Source of the DNA: Anthoceros angustus | Taxonomy: Eukaryota; Plantae; Anthocerotophyta | Length of the DNA: 64,000 nt | Assembly (NCBI GenBank): GCA_010909165.1 | Contig: MU008233.1 | Span: 20,383 to 84,382 of the forward strand | Direction: 5' to 3' | In this document: in pieces, positions 37,376-50,450 of the stretch | How the letters are laid out: each line of letters begins with the position of its first letter | Numbering within the stretch: the first letter of the stretch is position 1 | Translations under genes and position numbers: made by a program | Notes under the pieces: generated by a model | Seen by the model: only the letters and a program-made list of their open reading frames with translations | Database searches by the model: none | What the model was told of the DNA's origin: nothing

Positions 37376-37399
37376 TACCATAACGATGATCGACAAGTC

Positions 37400-40300
37400 A
37401 TCAAGGCAGTAATGGCCCTTTCCTCATGAGCAGGCACCAACGCGAGCTGCATTGTGCTGTAAGGCAAGCAGCACATGGTTCGCCAAAGGTGTAAGAACTA
37501 GCTCGCATAGGATAACACGCTCCTGGGCAACTATTGTGATCAAACTTACGCTTCAGCGCATACGCGGGCCCAGGAGGCAATGGATGGCACACGCACAGCA
37601 CCACCGGCTTAGATAGGCTCCAAGTACACATCGGCCAATATGGCATGAATTTTTGAGTTGCTACATATATAGCTCTTAGCTAGGCAACTATCAGGAGGTG
37701 TATCTAGACTCGGGATAGCCCTAGCACAAATGGTCCTAGTATATCCTAATATACTAGAGTGCAGTGAGGATGTGAATCTCGGTCAACGCTCCCCTTCTGA
37801 CTAAAGCTACTTACCGCCAAGATCCGAACAGTAATAACTTGAAACTGCTTGTTACAATACCGAGTTTTGGTAGAAGATATCCGCTCACCTTCATCTCCTG
37901 GTCAAGGGAGGGAGATCCGACCGCGCCCTTTGAGACTGTCATCTGTTTTAACTACTGTGGAGAAGGTCTCCTCGTAGTCCAAAATTTCTTTCACCGAGGT
38001 GAAACCATGAAATACTTGGTCCGCACTTATTCCTTTCCAGATCCGCCAAGTGAGGCCATTGTACTTCTTCTTGAGAAGTCCACTTGCAACACGGCTTTTC
38101 CCAGGGTAAACCAACCAACGCCCAAACGTTGTTTTCGAGCACATCGAATTATATTCCCGATTATGAATAGCGTTCATTCCAACTCACCTTCGTGTCCGCT
38201 TTCGCGGCTTCCTCAATTGTGAGCGGGATATCATCTTCGAGGAAGAAAACACCATTCGTCCGGTCATTTCGCCATGTTGAGTCGGCATTCTCGAGACCTT
38301 CCGCTGGCGCCGGACCCTTGTCGGACCGCCCCTAATAGCCGGCCGCTAATTAACGTTAAGTTCGTCCCTGCATCCTCGATCAATGCCGGAACTAACTCCT
38401 CAACTTACTGTTTTGCTTGCCGCTCTAAGAAGTTCTTCCGGCTTCCTCCTCCGGAATTCCTGCCGTTGAGATAATAGGTGGCACGACCTCACCCGTCACG
38501 AGATGTCTCCTCTACCAACACCTCCTGCGTGTGGTGATCCACTGTCATGTTGACCCAGTGGATCTGGGATGCGAAGGTGTCTCGGATAAACCTGTAGTTG
38601 AGGAATCCGTAACAAGGCAGTACTGCGATGATTTCCAATGTTGTTCTCGTGAGCCAATATCACATCTGAACTTTCATCTGTCTGCCCCGCTTTGCCGACG
38701 GATCCCACAATCAGCCTTCGCCATTTCGCATAGCCAATGAAGTCGCACTGTGATGCTTGGTCCGTTGGCCAGTCAACTTCTTCCTTCCTTCCTAGCTTGC
38801 TTAGAACGTGCATGCATATGCTATATACAAACAAACACTCTCAAGTATGAGACACTTGGTTTCTCACCAAACCAAGCTTCATGGGGTGTCATAGAGCCAC
38901 CTAGCGCCATGGTAATTGACATATTCATGCGTGTACGCGCGCATACGCAAAAATATTTTGGCATCACTTTCCTAGCATACTCCTAGCGCCATTGCGAGAT
39001 GCGATTCTTCCGCGATCCTCGCTGCGGCATGTACCTTGTCGTCAACGCCTCTCAATTCGGCGGTGCATTCATCCTTGAAGAGTTTACTCAAATACTCTCC
39101 TCCCCATCGGTTCGAAGTTTCTTCAACTTCTTTCCTGCTTTGTTTCTCCGATGCATACGAACATCGAAATGCTTGAGGCGTCACTCTTCTTCCAGGAAGT
39201 ACACCTTTTCTCTGCTTTGTAGTCGTCGATAAGCGAAATATAGTATCTACTTTGTATCATCCTTGCTTCCACTTGCATTGGTCCAAAAGATCGAGTGGAC
39301 AAGTTCCAAGACTTCTTTTGCTCTCTTCGTGAAACATAAGACCTTGGGATGCTTGCCTTTCATACAAGCGTCACAGACCAAGTTCTTACGGAGCTCCATG
39401 CATCACGAGCTTCTTAGCTCCATCTCCGGAGAAACTTCAAGTTGGTATGCCCAAACCGTCTATGCCACGATGAGGCATTTCCACCTTTCTCAAACCAGAA
39501 CCTCTTGGTCGTCGAACCTCCATCTGGTACAAGTTCCACACGGTGGCCTTTTGCCACCACATCGCTGCATCGACCATTCTTGAACAAAACTTCCTTCTTC
39601 GTAAAAGGACCACCTGCAGGTCAATGGTGCCACGGACATGAGATTTCTACGTGAGTGCGGTACAAAGCAGCGCTCCTTCCATTGCCTTGACCTCGTCGAG
39701 CGAACTCCCCACACCCTCGGCGCCTATCTCTGCTCGTTCCCTAGGGGCGCTGTCTTCTCCCTCCTGTAGTCTTGAAGGAGCTCCTTATCCTTCACCATAA
39801 AGGATGTACATGCGAGAATCTATCGTCGGTGTCGTTTAACGTCTTGTGCAGCGTGCGACCGCTATACGGCGTTGCCTCGCAACCTCACCTTTACTCTCAC
39901 CCTCCGTGAGATGTGCGGTCTTCGATCCTTGCAATCCTTCTCATAATGACCATACTTGAAGCATTTACCTTGTCCCTCTTCACTATTCTCTTGTCCTTTG
40001 TCCCTGCGAGGACTCCCACCTTGTCCTTGTTCGGTTGTTCCGTCCCTTCCCTTGATGAACATCGCCATGCTCCGGACTGTTGAAGATCCCCATTGCGTCC
40101 AATGGCGAGTCTCCGCCAACATCTTAGAGGTGACCTCCTCCCATGTGAGAGTGTCTTGGGCTATTAGGAAATCTATGAACCGACCAAGCTTGGGCATAGA
40201 ACGCGATATAGAAACATCTCTCATGTAACATGGCAATCGTAAGGAGGTTAATATCGAACTCCCCTTCGTGTTGCAACCCTTTAAAACCCACTCGGTACCT

Positions 40301-40400
40301 AAATCACGCCAAAGCAATCACGGTCTCCTTACAATGGACCATTCTTGGCCCCTGACTAAGTCATGAACAACACAATTGAGGCATACACTAGACAACGGTC
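37400..40400 (-). mobile_element. Degenerate, internally deleted Ty1/Copia retrotransposon
   Basis: Zinc-knuckle remnant (KCF..GHYEKDC), WHRRFGH pre-integrase motif, GGEYLS integrase, ENNVWALVGLP and DYEETFS.VVK RT start, PPT-like gaaggggag (minus) at ~37790. Boundaries approximate. Confidence 0.8.
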
Positions 40401-43400
40401 GGGCGGCTGGCGGCTGGATACCATGTGAAGAGGGACGTTTTAAATGTGCACTTGCAAAATGGCACCGATAGACACATGGCATAATGAAGTTTATGTGGAA
40501 TCCTAATACATTGGATCCGGTTACTCATGCGGGCTATTCGGTCTCAAGGCCTGAGCGAGCGGAATCTAAAACTACAGCTAGGTTTTCATCGCTCCAATTC
40601 TTCTTAAATCAAAATCATTCTCACCCAAAGCGTTGTCATCGTTGTTAACCTCCGCTTGGACATGTGATGGCGTGGGAGGTTGCCATATGGTATCCAGGCG
40701 TTTGTCCTTCCTCCAACAATTCGCGTTGGTCTTCATCCTCACGGCACTCAAAGAAACAACTTGGGCCTTTGAACAATCCTTTTCACTTATACAAACCTCC
40801 TTTGCCCAGAACTGCGAAGGGCCGTTGCGGTGGGGCTCGAAGGTGAGCTCTTCTTCAGCGTCCGGGAGAACCTCGTATCCGTGGATGCTGGGGATGTATC
40901 CGGCCGTAAGTAAAATGCCTTGATGGCGATCGGTTTCTTCCACATAGCAAATGCTAATATTGTGCCACTTCGAGCATCGTCCACCACCAGTCCCCTTCTT
41001 TTGAGAAGGTCTTGATTAATTTCATCATCAGCCCAAGAGGCCTTTGGTATGGGCATACCACCAACTTGTCGTGTGACAAGTACACCTGCTTCTTTACCAC
41101 GGTGTCATGTCCTATTACAGACCTCCCATTGTTGAAAGTGCCATGCATGGCATTCGGCATCATCGGAGCTCTATCCTTTGAACACCCATCCTTCAAGCCC
41201 CATCCAAGCGGTCACATACTCCTTTTTCAAATCCGCTATCATTGCTCATGTTGGTTTTATCCCACACGAAAGACACCAGCCACCCTTCTTACACCACTGC
41301 ATCGATTCCCGTCTTGTGTGGGCTTCCTCCACTCCATGCATGACAATCATGCGGAAGTCTTGTAGTTTTCTCATGGCGGAAAAGCGTACTCAACATAGTG
41401 GCATCCATCCGTTTGTCCATAGGCCCAATATCAAAGCCTCAGGCACATCCATGACTACCTCACAGAAGGTAGCCCCGCATCTCCAAAATATCTCGCTTCT
41501 CCACTTGGTAATGAACCTCCTTCTCGATCACGAGGAGCGTAAAATGTGCAGCCCTTCATGAAGATCTCATATACGCGCATTTCGTCTTCAAACTCTTCCA
41601 ATTATTGATCTCAAAATGAAATTCTTAAAGTCCTCGGCATTTTACGCAAGTTGTCTATATCCTTCAATTCTTTTGCAGGCAAAAGAGTATAAGTGCATAC
41701 AGTGTGCGAAACATTGCACTCGTAGATCTCAAAGGCATGGTGAGGCCGGCCGGCGCCTCCTCTCTGAGTTCTATGGAGTGGATCTGGCCGTGGCCGCCTT
41801 GACAAGTCGGTCCCACATCACATGTGGAAGTGGCCTCGGCCAGGCGCTGCAAGAAGGTTAGGGTTTAAACGACGACATATGAGAGAATCAGCGATGGGTA
41901 GTATGGCACACCTTCCCGGTGAATGCCGTCTGGAACCGAGCTATCATTTCGTCGGTCGAATGCAAAGGATATTCCGCCTAACCTCTTGAATGATGAGCCC
42001 AAGTGTTTACCATAGCCACTTGTATAACATGAAACTTCTTCCAAGGTAATCTCATCATCCATACCTTTTAGGTCGATAATACATCAACACCTTCTCTCAT
42101 GAGTATCCTGGCCGCACTCTCAGTGGAATCCCTTGGAGCGATTTCCACGGCTTTGCTAGCATATCCTTGACTTCACGTAAGCGTGTCAACAACAAGCCTC
42201 CTCTTGTACCTTCCGTTTGCCCTTCTTACTTGTTCGAGAACATGTTTCTCTCGGCAATTCTCCGACCTCCCATTTTGAAAATATTCGATCCACGTTGTCC
42301 CAAACCTTCCCCTCTGTTTGGCAATGCATAAGATGTGGGTCCGATTGTCCACCTTATTACGCTTGTAACATCGTCTTCCACCTCTCGTCCTCAATCAAGC
42401 CCAATACGGTATAGGTTGAATTTCCAATTCATGGTCATCTGGACATCATCTACTTTGGCAATAAGCAATTCGTCCCTCAAGTACGACGCTCAATGAAGGA
42501 CATCTTCTTCCTATCGACATCGTATTGTGATGCATTGCATACTCGCATTTCGCCATCGACCCACAATACACATGAGCTTCCACATATTGGAAGCGTGTTT
42601 TCCCAGATATATCGCCAAATGTTTCATGGCTGCAAAGGTATGGTTCCCACCAAGAACCCCATAACATATTTCTTACGAACCTTTTCCGTCCAACTTGCGA
42701 GGTTGTCACACTCGTCGGGTCGATCATGCAAAGAGGAACAACACGCCCTCCTCAATCCTTCCCTTGATATTACACGAGCCAAATAATTTGCCCATGCCTC
42801 GTCCACTCTCCTTATCTGCGCATCGGTGTAATATGGGATCTTTGGTTTCAAATTCTCCAACTTCACTAATCATTTCTGAACCACCTTCTTGGAGTAAGTG
42901 AGTCCCGAATTCGTGTCAAAGTGCATCTCGGATAGCATCCTCCTTTCCTCGTTCATAAGAACATGAGCAGTGGCAATGTTTTCCGGATGGTCCCCTTTCC
43001 TCCATCTCTCTTGACTTCTTCTTCCCACTACACTGCCGCCCTTTCGTCGTCCGCTTCGGCGAGAGACATCGTAGGTGCTCTTGTCTTTCCACCTCGCTCC
43101 ACACATCATCGGCTCCTCTTCCGCCTGGTGCGGCCGGCCGGCGCTCCTCCTCCTTCCAGTGCAGTGGGCACCCAGGCCGGCGGCGGCGCCTAGTCCATCT
43201 CCCAGGCGGACAAACCGGTTTGGGTTTGGGGTCATCAGTCTTCCCCATCCGCTGAGTCGGGCGCGGCCACGGCGCCCGATTGTCATCCGCATCGATGCGG
43301 CCGGAACAAACCGCAGTTGAGGATGTCCTCCATCCCTATCCTCATCTTGGTCGCTGACCCTTCTCCATCTGAATGACCCAGCACATCTGGGATCGGGCCA

Positions 43401-43500
43401 TCATCCTCGTCGGATGGTCCCAGTTCACTATCGCATCACTTAGCTACGCATCATCCTCATTCTGTTGTTGCTCTCTCGCTCTCCTCATAGACAATACGCG
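40400..43500 (-). mobile_element. Unclassified degraded transposon-like coding remnants
   Basis: Overlapping broken minus-strand ORFs with Cys/His clusters (VYCGSMAKC, CDxCG, PFCKC) in a TE-rich context. No family assignable by eye. Confidence 0.3.
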
Positions 43501-46500
43501 CTGTGTGCCTGTGATCCGACACCTTTTCCACAGCGATCGATAAGAGCTCTTCCTACAGGGTGGCTGAAGCGACAAACATGATCGTCGGAGGAGAAAGCAC
43601 ATCATCGGACACAAACTCAACAAAAAAAAATTTACATGTGAATGGCAACTCTGTGCTTACACTCGGTTGCCGCATTGCTTCAAATACCTCGACAAGCTCG
43701 GGAGGACCACATTTCTTAGCATGAAACCCCATGACGCGAGCTCATACGCCCTATACATTTGGGGTCTTGAATCACTGCGTCAAACTCCACGAGGCCTTGT
43801 TGTGCAAAACAACGTGAACACCGGGTTCTTTTCGTCCATGTCGTCGCCCATACTACCCATCCCCTCGCTCTTTGGTTAGGCAATGCTCCCCATAACCCAT
43901 GATCCACAATTTCAATAGTGGAGTCCGAGCGTTCTCATCCTCTGCATCACGTGTCACCATCCAATCTTTCTCAGCAGTTAGCAGGATCCATCGAGCATTC
44001 GACGCCGAATGATCACAGTCTCCTCGTAGGTGAAGGCGAAGGAATGGCGGCCACGAGGCCGGGGCTTTGTGACTTCTCCACTCCGGCTCCCCTCTTTCCA
44101 CCGTTGTGCGGCCCGGGCGTCGAGGCTAGCAGTTTATTCCCGCCCGATGCATGCCCACCCTTGGCTTGCTCACACCAACTCCGATCCGCCGATGCTGTCC
44201 TCCCAAGTCCCTCATGCACTAGCCGCCTTCGCTTCTCACCTGGATTTCTTCACTTGGGAGGAGGTCAGGCGGCCGCCATCCGCCAAATCCTTCTTGCTCC
44301 GTCGCCCGCTTGCCATCGTTCACACGCAGGCCGCGATTGAGCTAAGCGAAAACAAAGTTGCATCACTCACAAATTGGGCTTGGAATGGAAATTGTGGAGT
44401 TCTCGCCCATGCAGGATGCCTTGTGCACCGCTCACCGCTCTTTGCAAAGGCGCACCAAGCCCTCCTTCACGCCACACACGGTGATGGAGTCCTCTCGCGG
44501 TGTGGGCGTTACCAGTGGGCGCAGAAGTGGAACACTACCATAAGGACTCTTAACCCCTGGCCCAGATTAGGGTTACCTCACCACGGTAACCAAAGTTAGA
44601 AACCCTGATGTCGTGTGAAAGGCTGGTAGTTACATGGATCTTATTCTCATATGCATGTATTTATGACACTGTGACTTATCCCTCAGTTGCGGTGGCGGCT
44701 GTTATTCTTATCCCGCGTGCCGGACCGCGATACCCGCTGCCTCATTGGATTTCCTCGCCGTTATATGCAATGAAGTCGCGTGCCGTAGGCATGGGTACTA
44801 AGTTGGCGTTCGAGGCAAACCACACTTACCAACCATTTCTCTTTGCAAGGAGTCAAGCGGGACTTGTCGGACGACTACGGCAATGTTGCGCGACACACCG
44901 AGCGATATGGAGGACGTGAGTGAGTGCACGAGTGTTTCATGTCGAATCATTTGTGCTATCACCATTGCTAACCAGCATTTGCGGGCATCGGCTTATGTAG
45001 AAGAACCCTCCGATACTTGAGGCTGCGGACTCCCGGAAAGAGGCGAGGAGGCTTGATCTTTGAACCCTCACCGCCACCTCCGCCGCCATCCTCCAGGTTA
45101 GTGTGTTATGGGGCTTGGTGAAGAGTCCGTTATAGCATATTGTGGGAAGTCGTGAGTGGATGTCACTTGTGCAGTGGGAAAGACGCCGACGTCTGGAATT
45201 GTCTTCGCATGCCGCATGGTGTTCCGATGACGCCAAGAAATCAACTTGTATGCGCCATAGACGGCAGCCTCCAAATGAGGAGAGTTGGGGTTGAAGACGT
45301 GATGTTCGTGATGATTGCCCGCCGTGGCTTGTTCATGGCGATGGGTATGGAAGGCATCATACCGGTCCCGAGGAGCTAGACGGCCGTCCGATAGAGGTCC
45401 CATCAAGGCATTTACTTCCAATCACCTCCGGAGGATGATGTGCGAAGATCATTTCACCCGAAACCTTTGAGCGAGACATTGCAGACGTCAAGGACTGTCT
45501 CGCATTATGTCGTCAAGACGGCAGCCGGGCGTGGTTTGAGGAAGAGTGAAAATGTGGCGCGATTTTGGCCGACGGCCACCGGCGCGCACAATCGCTGTCG
45601 CTGTAGGAAGGAGTTCGCCCTCAAGGGAATGACAGCCCGCTGCAGCTTCGCGATTCTCGCCTTACTTTGCGTCTGCTCGCCCAACGCCAAGACACCCCGC
45701 TCACGCATCATGACAAACACCGCACAGTCTTGGTATGGCCAAACGCTTAAGGACCCATTCGTCTGCTTTCGCTCACGTCACTCACACCTCTCGTCTGCCT
45801 CTCCACCACACTACACTTATCACCAAGGAAAGACGCGCGGTTACATGCCCCGACCTCCTCCGCTGCTCTACTGGCCTCTCCGTCGCTCAGACGCTCCCGA
45901 GTCCTCCGGCCACACGCTCGGCCCGTCGCGGCCGGGCCGCTCGACGAGCAGTCCCCGCCACCTCCCCGCACACACCACAACACGTTAGGTCCGGCTACCA
46001 GACCTGATCAATCTCTCCGGAGCTGCCGTGCCGCTGACTCAGACTCACGTTAGCAAGAAGACACACAAGGTCTCGCAAGAACGCGCAGATCAACACCAAG
46101 AGAAAGATGATTTATTCAGGCAGCCCTGCCTCTTATACTACGCCCAAGTCGGCGCCTTTATTACACCCCTATTCTCGAGTCGATGGCCACTGATGCCCTA
46201 ATCGCCGCCTACCATCCTATTCCTCCCCTATCTCCTTCGGGCCAGGGCTGAAGGTCCCGAGTTCCGCCTTGGGATTGGTGGTCCAATCTCCGCCCCGACA
46301 GCTATACGACCCAATCGGATGATCCGCGAGGGGACCTCCTCTCCCGAACTCTCCAGTTCTACCGGCGGTCCGACGACCGCCATACCACGACGCCATCCTC
46401 CCTCGCCTCCCTGGGTCCTCCTGGGGCCACCGGCTATCTCCCCTAGAAGTCAAGGGGGCTCCTCCTCATCGCCAAGTCCCGACCTCGAGGTCCGTCTCGA

Positions 46501-47879
46501 CCCGAGTCCGAACCTGTGGGTCCGCTTATTTCTCGAGTCCGCCTACTGGGGTCCTACTGTTCTGGACTGTGGTCCGAACTACACGGGTCCGTCCCCAAGC
46601 CCGACTCCCCACTGTGGACCTCGTGATCGCTAGGTCCTCCTCCCTACCCCGACCCTTGTCTTGGGTCTGTGCTGGTTCTCCTCTGCACTTTCAGCCTGCC
46701 ACTCCCTTCTCCCGAGCGGTGGTGGTGAACTTACCCTGGGTCCGCTAGGCCCCGCCTCCTCTTGGGGCTCTTCTCCTCACGCTGCCGCTCCCAAACAGGC
46801 CCCTAGAGTCCCTGGCCGCCCCATGCCCTTCTTCCCTCCGAGCCTTCCAGGGTCCGCTTATTTGCAGCTGGCCGAGAGGCCCTACCGCCTCGGGAGCTCT
46901 CGTGGTAATAGGCAAAGTCCGAATCCACTTGCCGGATTGCTCTCTTCCACGCGCCCGAGCACCGATACTCCCTTCGCCATAGGTGCTCCGGGAGCCGAGC
47001 CTGCGCTTTGTTGGTCCACCTCCCCGCCAGTTTGATAGCCAGAGCCGGGCCGCCGCTGTGGCTGCCTCTTGGCCACCCCACGCACTGCCGTCAGCTGCTC
47101 CATGTCGCGCACGGTCCGACAGCATGCTGGCTGGCTCGACCGCAGACTCCTCTGCCCCGCAGCAGCAAATCTGCCCTGGCCTTGGCCTAAGGACACCAGT
47201 TCTTCCTTGGCCTTTGGCCAGCATGAAAGTTCCTGCCCAGCCAAGGAACAAGGCAAAGGGAGGCATAAATAGCCCGACATAACAGTGAGACTGCTTGGTT
47301 GCCCGAGGCCCCACTTGATAGCTGCTCCCAAAAGTCACAAGAGAAATGAGACAAGTCAGAGGGACGAAGTATGGCTGCCTTTCCATTCGCATAAACATCT
47401 ACAATCCAAGAATCCATGGTCGCCCACATATATAGGCAAAACCCCTGTGAGTTCTCGATGAAGTGCCTCGCTCTCGATGGTAGGCACTTTAGGTATATTT
47501 ATAATCCTACTTTCCTTGGCCTTGAATAAATAATAATGTTTATGAGTTCAACCATCTATTCGCCTTTTCCTTGATTTACGATTTTTATGTGTTTTCAATA
47601 TAGTTCCGATGCCTATATATGCGCATGCCACCGCGCCTTACATACATAACCATGTATATAGATTGCATGTGTCATGACACATCGTTAACATGTCCACATA
47701 CATCACATGTCATCCATCCGTCATGCATACATACCATGTGCATGCCATCCATGCATGGCACATGCCATCACATGCACGGCATCCAAATCAAGTGGCTTAT
47801 GCCAAATGGGATGCCAATCAGTCATTGTTTCATCGGCCTTGTTTCGTCTACCACGAATAAAGATGATTGTCAAGAATGG

Positions 47880-48269
47880 CCATAGCAGCGCTGGCTGCTC
47901 GACCTGCAGACTCTTCGCGCAGCAGTTAGCCTGCAGAAAGCTACAGTACCACGCGACAGCGAGAATCCCCAAGAGCGGCAGCACAGGACCCCGATAGCGA
48001 ATCGAACTGACGAAAACCAGGTGAAGAAGGGAGAAATAGGCGCCGGGGCAAGGAGCCAGATCAGCTCCTTCGCCGTCGCAGGAACATCCAGGCTCCTCCG
48101 ACCGCCCCGGTCATTAGGGGCACATAGGTCGCGAGCATCGCCAGCTGGATGAGAGGGCTCTGCATCTCCTGAGCGTTCGGCAGCGCGACCACATCCGGAA
48201 GAATTTCACGACAGCCAGCCGGGCAGCCTCGGCGGGATTCTCCTTCGCCCAGTCGACCGCGGCGCCTTG
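47880..48269 (-). other. Bacterial-like membrane glycosyltransferase (GT39/ArnT-like) C-terminal fragment abutting the N at 48270
   Basis: Frame-corrected translation QGAAVDWAKENPAEAARLAVVKFFRMWS-LPNAQEMQSPLIQLAMLATYVPL...YFSLLHLVFVSSIRYR-PVLPLLGILA; GC-rich, bacterial-style codons. Confidence 0.6.
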
Positions 48270-49849
48270 NTAGATTGCATGCGCCATGACACATCCACAT
48301 ACATGTCCACATCACATGTCATCCTTCATCTCCATCGTGTATGCATACATGGCACACATGCATACATGGCGCATACATGTCATGCGGGCCATCCATGGGC
48401 CATGTACATGACATCAAGCACTTGACGCCGGGGCTTATGCGAGATGCTCCAGTCGATATCTAGTCATTTCGGCATTCGGGCTTATGCCGGGATGCTCTAG
48501 TCAAATATCACCATAGAGTCTTAGGTGCTCTGCTTCCCCCACAATAGATGACATGCACCTTCTTCATTATCACTATCTACGGAGACATCGGACATGAGAA
48601 ATGGAGTATACATAGTAATAAGGCGGAGACATGAAAAGTCATTAATGATTGAAGTTCAACATATGAAACAGTAGTGACCCACGCTACTACCTAAAGTAAC
48701 ATATACCGATTCAACTGACCAACCGCTATGTGTTTGTGTGATTCAGAAGGTCACAGCCCTACATGAGACGCTTCAGCAACCAACACAACACCGACAAATC
48801 AGCCGACAGTGAAGAGGTATGCTCAAGGATTAGTAGCACCACACATCTTCACCAAAAAATGTCTCTTCTTATGTCCTCAATGCATCCCTTGAAATCTCAG
48901 ACTGATGGCTGAAGAATGGCAGATCTCGTATCCTTCCACCCATACGCGTCTCTTGGAATCTCGACCTGCTCACCAAGGAGACAGTGTGGAGCGATCCCGA
49001 GTCGGCGTCAAGGTTGGAAGATACGTTGCCACAAATGGATCTCTTGCAGAAAAAGGTCCAGCACTTGATCTTAATTCAAGGCGCCCGACAGCCTCAGCAA
49101 GAGAATGAAAATCGGTGCTCAATGCAGACAACCGCCTAGCCAAAGTTGCATGTCGGAGAGTCTGCTTAGAGAGGTATGTGAGCAGCAGCGCCTCAGTGCA
49201 TCCAAAACGCTTGAGAATACAGCTCTGATCTGCGCATTGATCTTCACTCTGAAGAAAGTGATAAGAAGCTTGATAGTATCCTTGGCTTCTAAGCAGGCGG
49301 TTATCAAATGTGCAGCAGAAGGAACTTCGACGAGGATCGAGATCAGCCCGAATTGGAGCGTCAACCACTCTGGGTGATCTACAACGAAGAACCGATGTGT
49401 GCTGAGATCTTCGTATGCTTCTATAGAGGTCAGGAGGAGGGCTAGCAGCCCAAGAGAACCTCCTACAAGGCATTCTCAAAGAACTCCTTACCAGATGATA
49501 GTACTATCAACATTGACTCTAGAAACTAGAAATCAATGTCATACAAAGTAGAAACATAAATGCTAACAATCTGTGCAAACACTGAGCCATTCAAATTAAA
49601 AGAAATGGTAGACAAATTGCTAGACACCATGTTCTTCAAATCCATGGCTATGATACCATGACGCGGAAGCGGATGTTTACAAAACTGAGTAAAACATTAA
49701 TTATCAAGAATACAGTATGTGTCTTAAATACTTGGCTGAGTGTCTCTTGGGTTAAATACATAACCCTACTTAAACTTAATTTAAACCACTGTTGGTTTAC
49801 TAATATATAAATATATATCATCTATATATATGTATATCCAACACAGCTG

Positions 49850-50450
49850 AGTGTTCTGGATGGTGAAGGATGTCTTCACCCTATCTCATTCCTTGCAGCA
49901 GGCCACCTGCTATTTGACCTGGGCATACATGCCATGCCAATGAAAATGTGGGAGCAGTAAGCTGTAGGTGCGTTTGACCCCAAAATGACCCATGTCATGT
50001 GTACTCGATAGATCACCGTTCTCTATCACCGTGCTTGTTCCCTATCGCCAGGGTGGCACCAATCGCTCTAATTCATTAGTCGCCTCCTCAACAGTACCCA
50101 TCGCGCCACAGGTACTTGGAAGCACGTCGGCGAGCCTGCTCCTGCTCAGCCGCCTCCACGGTTGATCCAAGCTGTCCTGTTTGCACAAAGAAGAGTGTGT
50201 TCAGGTCCTCCCAGATGTCCTTGGGCCTCCTGTCCTTGACATGTGTGTCCAGCACTCGGGACTGTCCCATACTCGGGACTGTCACCAGCATGTCATGGCT
50301 ACCATCGCAGCCACTGAGGAATGCTTCAGCTCTCCAACATCACTATCTTGCCTAGCCTCAGTAACATCCTCACAGCTGGCACTAGGATTCCGGGAGAGTG
50401 TTCTGTCCCAGGCTTAGGCCCTCCATGTCTACCAGAGCTTGATGCTAAAA
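49850..50450 (-). mobile_element. Copia gag remnant
   Basis: HVKDRRPKDIWEDLNTLF resembles the Copia gag 'AKDIWxxL..lF' segment; a TA-rich, LTR-like end (tatccaaca) lies at ~49840. Confidence 0.4.

Noticed and set aside
44600-47450. GC-rich ORFs up to 217 aa
   Set aside because: No recognisable motifs; probably degraded retroelement or LTR sequence that cannot be assigned.
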